Shown here piece by piece: positions 17,801 to 31,293 of a DNA stretch of 55,207 bases. The translations under genes and the position numbers were made by a program. Source of the stretch: Prorocentrum cordatum. Taxonomy: Eukaryota. Within the stretch, counting starts at the first letter, position 1. The number at the start of each line of letters is the position of its first letter. The notes beneath the pieces are model-generated. The model had not been told where the DNA came from, did no database searches, and saw only the letters and a program-made list of their open reading frames with translations. Where the stretch lies: contig CAUYUJ010000175.1 in the NCBI GenBank assembly GCA_963575745.1, forward strand, positions 62,001 through 117,207, given 5' to 3'.

Positions 17801-18228
17801 ACATTCGTTTACGAAAAATGCAACAGTTTCACGGATTGAAGGCGGATCTGTTTCAAAATGTGGTTTCCGCCTCAGCGCCGCGCACACAATTTCTTCAAAA
17901 TTACACTAGTGTCACGGATTCCGATGATCAGCGTACCAGAAAATGGATTATGAGGACGAAGCAGTTACGAGGATTCGCGGTGTTGAAATCCCAGGAATAG
18001 CATGGCTTTCTGGCACGATTCACGATCGTCAAGACGCAACAGTCAGGTTGATCCGTGGCGTAAGAATCCCGTGAACAATGTTTTGGCATGCTTCAGGGTC
18101 TTCAAACAGCTGCTTTCCAAAGAGGCTGGTCCTACAGTAGTACTGAACCGTTGTAGGGGCCTATGAGGAGGGAGCTTGGAGGGAGGGTTTATTCCAACAT
18201 CGTTGATGCTTCTTGGGCTTACACTGGT
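14817..18228. mobile_element. 83-bp-unit element, copy 1, interrupted by the PIF1 segment
   Basis: Head ttcctcataaataact...gtcgcacc. Units of cacggattgagggcgggtggttttcaaaatgtgg at 14943, 17582, 17665, 17747 and 17830. The ~300-bp tail ends in cactggt followed by (CCT)n. Confidence 0.75.
15632..17557 (-). pseudogene. PIF1-family (SF1B, Helitron-type) DNA helicase, 5'-truncated and decayed
   Basis: Walker A GQGGSGKT (17361-17384), broken Walker B ILVEVSM (17091-17111), FG..GDFLQ (16944-16958), VGMRVRLL..GLV, CRGRA (QGxT) and YVLLSR (~15815-15832). A probable 142-bp intron spans 15907-16048. Confidence 0.9.
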
Positions 18229-18333
18229 CCTCCTCCTCCTCCTCCTCCTCCTCCTCCTCCTCCTCCCTCCTCCTCCTCCTCCACCTCCCCCCCTCCTCCT
18301 CCTCCTCCTCCCTCCTCCTCCCTCCTCCTCCTC

Positions 18334-18366
<33 letters not shown>

Positions 18367-18387
18367 TCCTCCTCCTCCTCCTCCTCC

Positions 18388-18417
<30 letters not shown>

Positions 18418-18418
<1 letters not shown>

Positions 18419-19000
18419 ACACATTTGCAAGAATTTCACGGAGTCAGGGCGGGTCGTTTTCAACATGTGGCTCTCGCCCTAGCGCCGCGCACATTCGGTT
18501 TCAAAATTCGCAAGAGCTTCACGGATTAAAGGCGGGACGTTTTCCAAAAGTGGCTGTCGCCTTAGCGCCGCGCACATTCGTTTTCAAAAATGTTGCACGG
18601 ATTTCACGGATTGAGGGCGGCTCCGTTTCAAAATGTGTTTCTCGCCTGAGCGCCACGCACATCCGTTCCCATGCACTCCCATGCAGCGTACCAGAAATGG
18701 TGTTCTTGGAAAGATTCAGGATTATGAGGGCGCAACAGCTACGTTGATTCGCGGTGTTGGCATCCCAGGAAGTGTGTTTTGGCACGATTCACGATCGTCA
18801 AGACGCAACAGTCAGGTTGATCCGTGGCGTAAGAATTCCAAGAACGATGTTTTGGCATGCTTCAGGGTCTTCAAAAAGCTGTTTTCCAACGAGGCAGTTC
18901 CCTCAGTGGAAATGAACCGCTGTAGAGGCCTACTATGAAGAGGGAGCTTGACAGGAGGGTTTATTTCAACATCGTTGGTGACTCCTGGGTTTCCACTGGT
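18418..19000. mobile_element. 83-bp-unit element, copy 2 (headless)
   Basis: Three units plus the same tail ending in cactggt-(cct)n. Confidence 0.75.
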
Positions 19001-19658
19001 CCTCCTCCTCCTCCTTCCTCCTCCTCCGAGGCGCGGGAAGGGATGAGGAGGAGGAACAAGTGCGCGAGGGGGTACTCCGCCCTCTTCCCGCCCCTTTGCG
19101 GTTGCTTTTTCCTTCTGGCCTCCAAACTTCGCCGCCTCCTCAAGGGCTCCCAGCTTCGCGCTTCGCGCCGCGCGAAGCGCGAAGTGCGAATAACTTCGCG
19201 CTCTCGCGCCGCCTCCAAGGGGAGAAGAGGAGGATGAGGAGGAATCGGAGCCGAACCGCGAAGCGCGAAGCGCGAATAACTTCGCGCCCTCGAGGGCGCC
19301 CTTGCCTCCTCGCAGGACCCCCCCCCGCGCCCCTGGCGCTCCAAGCAGCCCTGCCTCGCACGGCGCCCCCACCCTGCTCTGGGTCGACCCCGAGGGTCGC
19401 GCGTCGACCCGGACCTCCGGGCGGATGCGGCCCCGGCGACGAGACGCCTCCCGGAGGCCCAGAACGGCTCGAGAGCGACCACAAGCCTCGACCCTCGATC
19501 CTCGAACCTCGATCCTCGATGCTCGACTCTCCTCCCTCCTCTCAGGGGCAACGTCATGGGGGGGGGGTCCAGCGCGGGCTCCGAGATCAGGTAGAGCGCG
19601 AGGTTGCACCCACAGCCTGACGGTGAGCCATTTGCCTATCCATGACCAGGATCGACCC

Positions 19659-19817
19659 TTAAGTCGAGCCTGTCCCCCTACAGGAGGATTTTGGACGAAA
19701 AATGAAAAGTGCTCAAACATATTCCAAAATGGTCAAAAAATACCCCAAAAATAGTCCCCTGACTGTTTTTTAACTATTTTTGAGAATTCCTCCTGTAGAG
19801 GGACAGGCCCGACTTAG
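19659..19817. mobile_element. MITE family 1, copy 3
   Basis: ttaa-gtcgagcctgtccccctacaggagga ... tcctcctgtagagggacaggcccgac-ttag. Confidence 0.85.
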
Positions 19818-19954
19818 ATCTGCCCCTTGTCCAACAATCCGGGGACGTGCTCCCCGAGGATTTCGCGGAGCCTGGGGTATGGATACCTCACCGCCCCCAC
19901 AAACACTTTTTTTGGCCGGTGGGTCGAGAGCGGGCCTCTTCCGGTTAAGAGCTA

Positions 19955-20135
19955 CTCCAGATTTCGTAATAAAAGGGAGGGGGTCTGAACCCTCCAAGAC
20001 AAGCCATTTCAGACCTCCCCCGTGGGAGAACCCTCCAAAACATCGTCCCCAGACCCCCCAGGCCCTCCAAGATAGCCTGGAAGAGACCCCCCCCCGAAAT
20101 GAGACCCCCCTCCCTTTTTAGTACGAAATCTGGAG
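19955..20135. mobile_element. MITE family 3, Tc1/mariner-type (TA TSD)
   Basis: TIR of about 33 bp, ctccagatttcgtaataaaagggagggggtct / agacccccctccctttttagtacgaaatctggag. TA lies at 19953-19954 and 20136-20137. Confidence 0.85.
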
Positions 20136-20189
20136 TAGGCGGGGCGCGCGAAGCACTAATTGGGGAGACAGGGCGCGGGCGGGCGGGGC

Positions 20190-20258
20190 CTCAGGCAGCC
20201 GGAGGGTGCGGAGTACAGGCCGCCCCCAAACCACACAGAAGCATCCACATCCAAGAGC
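20190..20258 (-). CDS. Candidate internal exon (alternative acceptor at 20283)
   Basis: gtcgcag|G-LLDVDASVWFGGGLYSAPSGCL-AG|GC. The phase-2 end fits the single leading G of exon 14108-14216. Confidence 0.35.
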
Positions 20259-21629
20259 CTGCGACTTCCGGGGGAGGGCACGCCTGCGGATCCAAAGATG
20301 TGGACAAGCACCGGGGTGGACCACCTCCTCCCCCTCCGCCTCCACCTCCACCTCCTCCTCTTCGTTTTGCTCCTCCTCCTGCTCCTTCTCCTCCTGATCC
20401 TCCTCCTCCTCCTCCGTCTCCTTTGCCTCCTCCTCCGCCTCCTCCTCCTTCTCCAGTGGGTCCGAGATCCTATGGCTAGACACTGGAACATCTCCCTCCC
20501 ACGGTTTCCCGAGGTCCTTGAGAGAACTGGGCGTGGAGTGGCAGGACCCTTTCAGTTTGTAGGCCCTAGTGGTACACATGCACCCGCACCTCCCAGTGAA
20601 AATCAATTACATCTCTGACATATCGACCACAAAAGCCCACAATGAGGTGGAAAACATGGCTGCGATGCATTATCGACAAGCTTGCTGAGAGATGTGCACA
20701 GCGCAAAGTATCTAGAACTGACAAGCTGCTTAGCTCCTGAACGGTGGCGTCGCTGGCACCACAGGAACCTATCCCAGACAGGGCCATGGTGACGGGGATG
20801 GGGCAGGAAAAGCACGGGCCCTGAGATTCCTGGGGAACTGCCCATAGATGTCTCCCGGCAAAAGCCATCCCACCAACATCTGGACAATGTTGATAGCAAT
20901 TCGCATATACAACTTATGGGCCTGTGAAAGGGCCTTCAAGCAATCCATTCGCCCAGAATTATCCCTGGTGGCCATCTTGGCGTGATGGCCGGCAAGTACG
21001 TTGTCTCCGATATGACAGAGGTCTTCTGAATCTGCAGCACGAACCGATCACGGTGAGACGTGACTTTCGCACAAGGCAAGCGGGGCGACTAGCCATTCTC
21101 CAGTGCCCAGCGCGCGGTGACGACCGGCGCCTGGCCATCCCGCCCCACACACACACTCACACACACACACACTCACACACAATATGAAAAAAACAAAACA
21201 ACAACAAACAAACAAAAAAAAAAAAAAAAAAAAAAAACATTGACAGTCTGAGCGCAGCGCGGCACAGCGCTAAACTTGGCGGCGCTCAGCGAGGGGGGCA
21301 GGGGATCCAGGCGCGGCACGCTCTTACAAACGCCCCGCGATACCCCGCGGAAGCCTGGGCCGGAGACTGCTCGCAAAGCAGAGATCCCCTGGCCCGCGGC
21401 GCCTGCCGCAGCCCAGCATGCCGCGGCGACCCCCGGGGACGACCCCCGTCGGAGCAGCGCCCGCCCGTGGAAGCCCCGCCCCGCCCCACGAAGCCCGAAG
21501 CCTGGGCAGGCCGACCCCGCCCCACCGAGGGAAAAAACACCGCTCCGGCACCTCCTCGGGGGCGCGCCGGGCGTCGGGGGAGAGGACGCCCAAAGCGAGG
21601 GAAAGAGGGGAGCCAACTGGCACGGGGGG

Positions 21630-22423
<794 letters not shown>

Positions 22424-22449
22424 GACCACGCCAGCCCGCGACCATTCAT

Positions 22450-24230
22450 CTAGCACTTCTCGTACCGCCCCCACGCTCGGGCAAGCCTAAGTCCGGCGGA
22501 AAATCGAGACAGATTTTCCACGTCGAGGGCAAATTCCGTCGGTCTGAAAACCCGATATGTGAACGGCGACTCCACTTGGACGCCGACCAATGAAAAATCG
22601 CCGCAAAACACATCGGAACCGCCCGCGGTAGGTTTTCATCGAAAGCAACCTGAGCGGACCCAATGACCACAAGCCCTTGAAACGGATCCCCTGGGCCCGA
22701 AGGCTCGCAAACTTCCTGCGAGCCATTTCCACGACAGGTCGCAAAACATCGTCCCTTGAATGTGGGATGAAATATTCAAGTATCTGATTCGGCGGGGCGG
22801 CGGCCAGACGACGACGGGCCCCAACAGGTCCTGCTCGTCTCCTGCCTGCAAATAGTTTTGAGGCGCGGCTTGATGGCCGGAAATTTGTTCATTCTGACCC
22901 CACCATGCCCCGCCTGCCCCATGCGCCTCCCCGGCGCAAAGACCACCCCCAGGCCCCTCGCTGCTATCTCCGTTTTACACACCAGATCCCCGAGAGGCTG
23001 CAAGCGCGCATCCACCGATCCATTGAACGTTTCTGCGGTCGCGAGCTTGTCGAGCGCCAGTGGCACTCCCATCTCGCCATGAACAGACTGGGCAAGGGCT
23101 GTGGCATACTGGTACATTGCGCATGGCTGCACACTTGTCAAAATGTCGACGTAGCAACATTCAGTCTGACGCTGCCAGTGCGCGCGCGAGCATGTTCGCC
23201 CCAACGCCCACAGAGATACTCAGTTTAGCTTCATGCCGCTGGCGAACCCAAGGCATCGCAAAAGCCTTGGCCTCAAAGGTCTCCGTTGCCGCCCCTGCCA
23301 TGACCCCTCGTCGTGGAAATACCCCATGCAAGGTAACCCTTTTGAGCCATTTGTACGGGTTGAGACTGTACTGGGTGGCTGCGATTATCCACAGTCTCTG
23401 TGTCCGGCATGTTCGTAGAACTGCCCGAAGTCCCATTTGACCGAAGGGATGCGGTACCGTCCTGCGTGTAAAATTCTCCCCTTGCGGGTTGTCTCCAGAC
23501 GGCGCTCAGTGGATCTCGCCCAGCAGGTCCCAGGCTAAAACAAGGATGGTCGACAATGCTGCGTTCCCAAATTCTCGCCCCCCACGTAAACAGGTATCCC
23601 ATGCAGTCGTACCGTGCTGGTAAAGCTGATGGGTTTCCCTCCTTCCTCTCCTTCGCCAAAAAAGCGTTAGGTTGATTTCCTGAAGTGGTGTCAAAACAGT
23701 GGACACCATGTTCATGATAGTACACACCAACGATCAGGTCGAAAGCACGTTCACACATCAAATTGACACTCTGGAGGGGGAATCCGCTCATCGAAAATGT
23801 TATGTGTCTGAAATGTTCGGAAGTCCGTTTGAGCGATGGAAATTATCGTTAGCACCGCACCTAGTGTCTCGATGTTCGTGTTCTGTCTCTGGCCGTCGGC
23901 ATCACACGCCCTGATTCATTGCTCGACTCGCTGCGGCAATAATCAAGGGAAACCGTGATCGTCCCATCTGCCCTGAAACAAACTGTATATTGATATGGAA
24001 CCTTGACGTTGGTGAACGAGTGCGCTCGGTGTCCTCGACCATGTAGTGTTTCCCCGCATCATTCGCTCCAATCGCTAATATGTTTTTTTTTTGGCGGCGT
24101 TACCATCGAACTGCGAAACCACGGCTACCACCTGAACAAAGCTGCCATATCGTCATCAAGCGCCCCACATCCAATTTAAATGGCCCTGGTAACCATCAAT
24201 TGCCAACCTTTTCCAACCGAGAATAGATGG
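22450..24230 (-). pseudogene. Non-LTR retrotransposon reverse transcriptase, decayed
   Basis: Ordered motifs across frameshifts: GRDPLSAVWRQ, VKWDFGQFYEH (~23408-23440), PRRGVMAGAATETFEAK, CYVDI (YVDD), ARGLGVVF. Boundaries are approximate. Confidence 0.8.
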
Positions 24231-24309
24231 TTACCCTCCTCCTCCTCTTCTTTTAATTACCTCCTCCTCCATCTTCTAAGTGCAAGTACTACGAGGAGAG
24301 ACTCGCAAT

Positions 24310-25000
24310 GAAATGGGTGGGCGAAGTACGCAACAAAGGCGGCGTCAAAGAGAGCGACGTCGATGGGAGCGGGTGGCAAGGGGGACACATGGGAACGATT
24401 GGGGAGGAGGGAACAAGAATTGAAAGAAGGATCAGGGGCGGTGAAAGGCAAGCATACCAACGCGGCACCCATGGTGATAGATATGATACGGGGCGGCCCC
24501 AAACATCGGATAAAAAAACACGCGTTGGTACGAGGATGTGCCGTCACCATCTGCTGTTTCGAATGGGGTCCGCGGGGATTGTACAGATCCGGCCCCCTGC
24601 GTGGATTCCACACGGGACCACATGCTTGCCCCATCATCATTCGCTCCTGATGGGCCCCTGGAGGTTGTCACTGACTTTGTAAACCGGGCACGTCCAGAAT
24701 GCGTTGTTTTATATCCCCACGCTTCCACGGTTCACAACACTGTCCAAAACGGCCACGGCGAACACGGCAATCCCCCATGAGGGCCCCAGCAAGGCCATAG
24801 GAGAACCCCCATACGACCTGCACGGGCACCCACGAAGATCCAAGACGGCCCAGTCGTAGCCCAACACGGCCAACCCACCCCACCCGGAACATGTGGCCCT
24901 CTCAACGAACCTATCATATGATTCACGCGGCACGCGACCCCATGTGGTATCTACACACGCCCCACGGAGCCGATGCGGGGCAGCTCCGAAGGTTAGACGA
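24310..25000 (+). pseudogene. Possible LINE C-terminal/RNase H relic
   Basis: LEVVTDF and WPSQRT...PHGADA resemble RNase H VxTD and WxPSH...NxxAD motifs. Heavily degraded. Confidence 0.35.
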
Positions 25001-25310
25001 TGGAGGGGAGGCAGACCCAGGGACGGCGACGAAAAACATAAGAAAAAGGGTCAAAGAGGGAAAGACGATGGGCGAGGAAGAGCTCGAGGACATAAGGAGG
25101 AACAGAGGACAGCATGGAAGGCGAGGAGAACAAGGATACGACGATGACGACGGGCACTCTGATACCTCGATATCGCAAGAACGTTCCCATGTTGAGACGG
25201 ATGGTTGATTTCCTGTCGCTCCGAAGCGTTCGCAGGCGCGGCGCCAAGTCTCTCAGCGACACCACGACGAGAACGTCCAAGCCAGTGCTGCGGATCACGA
25301 CCAGTGCCTC

Positions 25311-25420
25311 CTAGGCCGTGGCCCTGGACATCATGCCGCACAGGTGCGGCCCTTGGCAGACCATGTCGCCGGCGTCCTTGTAGCCCGCGTCGACGGCGAC
25401 GCCTCGGGCGGGGTCGGGCC
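25311..25420 (-). CDS. Candidate terminal exon, unknown protein
   Basis: tgtcag|GPDPARGVAVDAGYKDAGDMVCQGPHLCGMMSRATA-TAG. Third positions are almost all G/C. Confidence 0.45.
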
Positions 25421-27176
25421 CTGACAACCACCCGCCCGCTTTGAAGCATCCACGGAACGCGAAATCGACTCTGACTCCGCGAGAGACGTCGCTCCGACGG
25501 GCCCCCCCGCGGCGCAGGAAAGCGGTGACAATTGCATGCCCTGCAGCACCCACGGCAGGCCAGGTCTGCTTTGGCTCTGCACGGAACGTCACCCCGCCGC
25601 ACTCCAGGAAAGCGAGGAGAACTGCGCGACCGGCAGCACCCCGGGCAGACGATGTTTCGCCTGGGTCTGCATCAGATGTCCTTCGGCTAGCATTCCAGGC
25701 TTGGGGGAGAGTGGTGACAGTTGCACGCCTGAGGCCATATGGGTGGCAGCGCCCATGGAGAGCGAGCTCCTATACAAGCTAGAGAACAGAGCAGGAAGGA
25801 GTCCGAAGGGAGGAAGCGGGAGGAGGAAAAAGGAGGCGGGAGGAGGAAGAAGGAGGAGCAGCACAAGGAGGACCCAAGACTGGAAAGGGGAAACCCACGT
25901 ATTGATGATTCCGAGCTCCTTCGGCTTCAGATGATCCCGAAAGAGCATCGGGGAGCCCCCAAAACACTCAGAAGGAGCCAAAGACCCAAGAGGACGGTCA
26001 GAAAGGGGCCCAGAGACGGCCTACGAGGGCCGCCCAGCAGGACGGGCCGAGACGAATGCGGCCTGGCCCCGCGGGACGGCCAGGCCCCCAAGACAGCCCG
26101 TGAGAGTCCCAGGACGGCCCAACAGCGTCCCCGAAGGGCCGAAGAGGGCCCCGCGATACCTCCACGCCTCCCCGAAAGAGGCCCACTGACCATCCCCCCA
26201 ACCGGGCCGCTAATTTCGCACTCCTTCATGAGAAGACTCCTCGACTCCTCCTTCCTCCTCCACCTCCTCCTCCTCCTCCTCCTCCGCCTCCTCCTCCTCC
26301 TCCTCCTCCTCCTCCTCCTCCTCCTCCTCCTCCTCCTCCTCCTCCTCCTCCTCCTCCTCCTCCTCCTCCATGCCGGCCCTCCACGGCTCCCGAGGCCAGC
26401 AGGGGCCCTCCCGTCGCAGGCAACGGGGCCGGACCTCGCCCGAGGCGCCTTGGGCGGCGGGCCCGGACACCGAAGTGACGGGCCACCACGAGGGGCAGCT
26501 GCGCCGAGCTCGGGCCCAACCCAGCCACCAGAGAGACCGCCCAGCACGGCCCAGCAGGCTCGGGAGGCAGGAGCAGGGGGCAGGGAGGGAGGAGGAGGCA
26601 GGAGGAGGAGGCAGGAGGAGGAGGCAGGAGGAGGAGGAGGAAGAGGAGGAGGAGGAGGAGGAGGAGGAAGAGGGAGGAGGAGGAGGAAGGAGGAGGAGGA
26701 GGGGAGGGAGGGAGGGAGGGAGGGATCCACAGCGTCCCTCGCATGCTGCTCTGTAGGCCTCGGCTGGCGCATCCCCCTCTTCCCTGGTGCCGGGCACCGC
26801 TGAGCGGTGACCCGCTCTTGGCTTGGGGAGGCTGCGGGGTTGCGCCAGCTCCCGATCAAAGTGCGCCGGAGAACGTGTCTGCAGAGGGAGGGAGGGAGGG
26901 AGGGAGGGAGGGAGGGAGGGAGGGAGGGAGGGAGGGAGGGGAGGGCGCAGGTGGCCCTGGCATCGAATCTATGTCGAATCGGATCGCTCCGAACATCGAA
27001 TCGGCATACATCGGCTGAGTCGGCGGCAGCATCGAGTCGGCAGTCATCGGCAGGGCCGAGCCGGACCGATTCGGAAACGGGCAGGGCTGGCGCCGCACGG
27101 CCATCGAAATCGGCAGGCAGAAGCCATGCGGCATCGCACCCGCCGTCGAACGTTGTCGTGGTCGTCCCCGAACATC

Positions 27177-27407
27177 TTGGGAACCCCCAAACCAGGTGGT
27201 GAGATACCAGGTGGCGACCTGGAATCCCCAAAAAGGTCACCGCTGGGGTTGGGGACGCGGGGTCACCACCGGGTTTTGTGACTCCTGGACCCACCAGTGT
27301 CCGGGACATCCTCGGAAAACCGCACGAGTCCCCAAACCGGGTGGTGACACCAAATCGCCCGAGACTCACCGCCAGGTGTTGTCACCACCACGTTTGGGGA
27401 CTACCAA
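27177..27407. mobile_element. MITE family 2, copy 2 (TSD ACATC/GCATC)
   Basis: TTGG...CCAA termini and four ccccaaacc(a/g)ggtggtga motifs in alternating orientation. Flanks lie at 27172-27176 and 27408-27412. Confidence 0.8.
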
Positions 27408-28480
27408 GCATCGTCGAAGGCACACCTAGTCGATCTAGAATCGGCAGGCGCGTAAGTCTCAAGCAGCTAGATGTCTGAACTCGGTCTGCTACCAGAGCCA
27501 GGTCCGCGAACCTGTTCGTACTCTACTATCTGTTTTTGAGATGATGATCAGTTTCTTGACTTAACTCGAGCTGCAGATGAGCTAAGATCGTCGCGCTCGT
27601 CATCGCACTGACCGAACTCGTCGTCGACCGTCGTCGTGCGTCGCTGCCTTCGCCGGCGCACTCCTTCCAGGGGCCGCCGCAGAGGGGAGAGGGGCACGGC
27701 GCGCGGGGCGGGCCCGACAAGGCAACGAGGGCTCGGGCGCATGACACCCTCTGGGGGAAGGCTGCGTTTGGACTCCTCCTCCTCCTCCTCCTCCTCCTCC
27801 TCCTCCTCCTCCTCCTCCTCCTCCTCCTGCTCCTGCTGCACAGAAGGGGGGTTGATTGTTCGCGCTTATGCCCGTCGTACTCGCGATCCCACTCCTTGTT
27901 GTCGTTGCATATTGACGGGGTCGGACTCACGCTGGATCGGCTCGAAATTGAATCAAATCGGTTGGCATCGGAATCGGCGCCACGCAGTATCTGGGAAACT
28001 GGAAATCGGAATCGCGCATCGAAATGTCGGCATCGAATCGGTTCGAGGCGACACCCCCGGAAAGCGATTCGAATCAGAATCGGTGGAGACGGAAAGCGCC
28101 CTGAAAGCATGCAGTAGCTTTCAAGAGCAAACCGAATTTGCATGAGCGCGCAGGTGCGAGCGGAGTTCGCAAGCATGCGCAGGAGTTGAAACCCTGCGGC
28201 TTCAGTGGAGCAGGGCACAAGAGCAATTGTCAGCGCAGCCCTAGAAGATATGAAATCCTGGCACTACCACGCTCCAAATTCACCAACAAACTTCGAGGCG
28301 ACACCCGATAAAACTAGAATACTAGCTAGCGTGGACCCGAAACTGTGCGTCTCTGACAAAACACGTCGCGCAATCGATGTGGTACATCCAATGTCGCGGA
28401 GTCCGTGCGAAGCTATATATGTGATACAAACTACGTGGTGCAGCTCATGTGGTGCAACTCACCTTGCCGAACTTGAAATT

Positions 28481-30900
28481 GTCAACCCCATTGCTCGGGT
28501 AATCATCCCACCCCCCACCCGAACCTTGGTTCGCAAAACCAATGCGGCGGCGAAAGCGATGACTGCTTAGCGCTGGCTGGTGCATCGCTGCGGCCGCGCT
28601 AGCGCGCGCAATCTCGCGCGCAGAGCGGCCTGCTGGGTTGGCGCGACCGGTGCGGCCGCGTTGGAGCTGACCGCTGGGAACTTCCCAGCGCGTTTTACAA
28701 ACCGCGCTGACGCGCGGGCCCATCACTGCGAGTCGGTGATTCGGGCGGGTGCGACATCACAGCGACGTCGAAAAAAACGGGCACGATGATGATAATAAGG
28801 ATGATGGTGGCTATGATGGCGATGCAGGCGACAAGGCCACTGACACCACCGATGCTAGTCACGCCGATGACGATGTTGGTGTACACGTGTCGGCGATGAA
28901 GACTGCAGATGGATTTCGACATGCTCGCGCGGCCGACGCGCCCGAATGCCCCACATGGTATTACTTGACAGGTATCGTGCCCCCCCCCCCCGCAAGCGCG
29001 AAGGGAGTTCGAATGATTTCGGCAGGCGTGCGCGAGAGGCCCGCGTGGTCGAATTTGCAAAAATCAAATCCAATGGTTGTCATGGCGCTCAAACTTGTGT
29101 TGAGGGACCCTGCTGCGACCCCACTGGTTTTATATGTGTTCAGGAACAGCGATCTTAAAATCCTGACGAAACCAATGGTTGCTGAGAGACTTTGACACGC
29201 GCGCGCGTGGCGCCGCGCGTGTGGACGTTGTCCCATATGTTGCAAGGAATTATTGAACATAAATGATGTCGGATGAACGGATATTCGAGCATAGTACATT
29301 TTTAACGGATGGCGGGGGCGATAATGGCGTGGCTGGAATGGTTCGAATTCATACTTATACTGCATGGCGGTGCAGAATCATCTGTAGATTGCAATGCCCC
29401 AGCGGGTACCGACAATTCCCCGCAGGGTGGCAGTTTCACATCAGGGAAAACCTCCGTTGTGAACTCTGTTTGGTACAATCTACGTGGTGCAATATGGTCC
29501 AATATCCGTGGCGCATTCAATGTGGCACAATACGTGTGAAGAAGCAAATGGTGAAAAATATGCGTGGAGCAACCTATGTACTGCAATATAAGTAGTACAA
29601 CCTATGTTGTGCAAATAAATTGTGTTCGCAGTGAGTGGTCAACCCCGCTGCTCGCACAATCATCCCACCCAACCACCCGCAACTTAGTTTGCAAAATCCA
29701 TGTGGCGGCGATTGTAGTGATTGCTTAGAGTTGGCTGGTGCATCTGTGCGGCCGCACAAGCCCGCGCATGCTCGCACGCGCAGCGGCCAGCTAGTTTGGC
29801 GCGACCGACGCGGCGGCGGTGGCGCTGACCGTTGGGCACTTCCCAGCGGGCACTTCAGTGCGAGTCGGCGGTTTGGGCGGGCGCGGTATCATGGCAACGT
29901 CGACAATTTTACGCACAATGGTGATGGCAGTGATGCTGGCGACGACGATGACAACGACGACGACAAGGCCAGTGACGGCGCGGATACTGATCACGCCGAC
30001 GGCGATAACGGCGTCCTCGCGTCGGCGATGAAGATGTTGGAAGGAGTTCGACATCCGACTCGCGAGTGGTCCGCATGGAGTTATTTGACACGGATCGCGC
30101 TCCGCCAGCACGCGCGCAAGGGCGTTCGAATGAAGTCGGCCTGCGGCGCGAGGGGCCTGGTTGGCCGAATTGGGTGGATAGTATATATATATATACATAC
30201 ATACATACATACATACATACATGCATGCATGCATGCATGCATACATATATACATACATACATACATACGTATCTATGATATACACACACAAAAAACAAGC
30301 CAAAAACAAACAAACAAACAAACAAAAAAACACAAAAACAACAAAAAAACGGTTTCCGCAGGAGTTCGCAAAAGCGCGAGCGCAGGCAGTTTTGAAAAAA
30401 ATGTAGATGCGCTCTTGAAAAAATCGATTGTGAAACCCTTAAGAAACTCAAAGTTCTTGAAGGATTTCAGCATGCGCGCGCGACGATGCGCGTTTGTGCA
30501 CTCCGTCCCGTTTGCTTGCAAAGGATGTTGCGACAGCACGCTCGCAGCGGCGTTCGAGCAATTCCGGCATGCGCGCGCGAGAAACCTGTTGGCAACAAGT
30601 TCTATCAATGTTGGAAACCTATGGTTGTCGTAAGAATTCGCAGGAGCCCAAGCACTAGTGTGTTTTGATTATTCCTGTTGCGAAACCATGTGTTTTACAT
30701 GATTCGATAAACTCGATTTTAAAATCCGTACGAAACCTCTGATTTGTTTTCAGGATTTCGACATGTGTGCGCGACGACGCGCGCGTGTGCACTTCGTCAC
30801 GTTTTACGCAAAGGAATATTGAATACTGATGGTATGTGATAAACGAATGCGCGCGCATAGTATTTTCTGCAGGGGACGATGGGGGCGATCAGGGCCTGTC
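28481..30900. repeat. Diverged tandem dimer of a ~0.9-kb interspersed repeat
   Basis: 28481-29335 aligns by eye to 29638-30900. The second copy has an extra microsatellite-rich segment at ~30175-30600. A partial homologue lies at ~38080-38460. Confidence 0.75.
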
Positions 30901-31061
30901 TGAGATGGCACGAACTCGATCTTAATATGGACGATAGGGCCGAATCAGATGTCAAGTGCAATACGAAAATCGGGTCGTTAATTCTGGGGGAGGCGGTGGA
31001 TCCTAATACTCTGCTAAACAAGAATGCAAAGCAAATCAACGCAACACAATGCAATGCAAAG

Positions 31062-31293
31062 CGCGGCGGCAACGAGGCGTCCATGGGACGGCGACGGCGG
31101 CTACATAGCCGCTAGACCAACCTTAGGGCCCAGACGACGGGCGGCGACGAGGCGGCAACGAGGTGGCGACGGGGCCGCGACGGCGGCTACATAGCCGCCA
31201 GACCGACCTTCAGGGCCAGAAGACTGGCGGCGACGAGGCGGCGACGAAGCGGCGACGGCGGTTACATAGCCGCCAGACCGGTATTAAGGCCCA
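31062..31293. repeat. Tandem repeat, 3 x ~75-87 bp
   Basis: ggcggcgacgaggcg...cgacggcggctacatagccgccagacc units. Confidence 0.8.

Noticed and set aside
20470..21140. Coding relic before the A-rich tail
   Set aside because: Frames are broken by stops and I recognise no motif, so it is left unassigned.
27555..27600. SL relics on the minus strand (acgatcttagctca...)
   Set aside because: Only about 10/16 identity, which is not distinguishable from chance.
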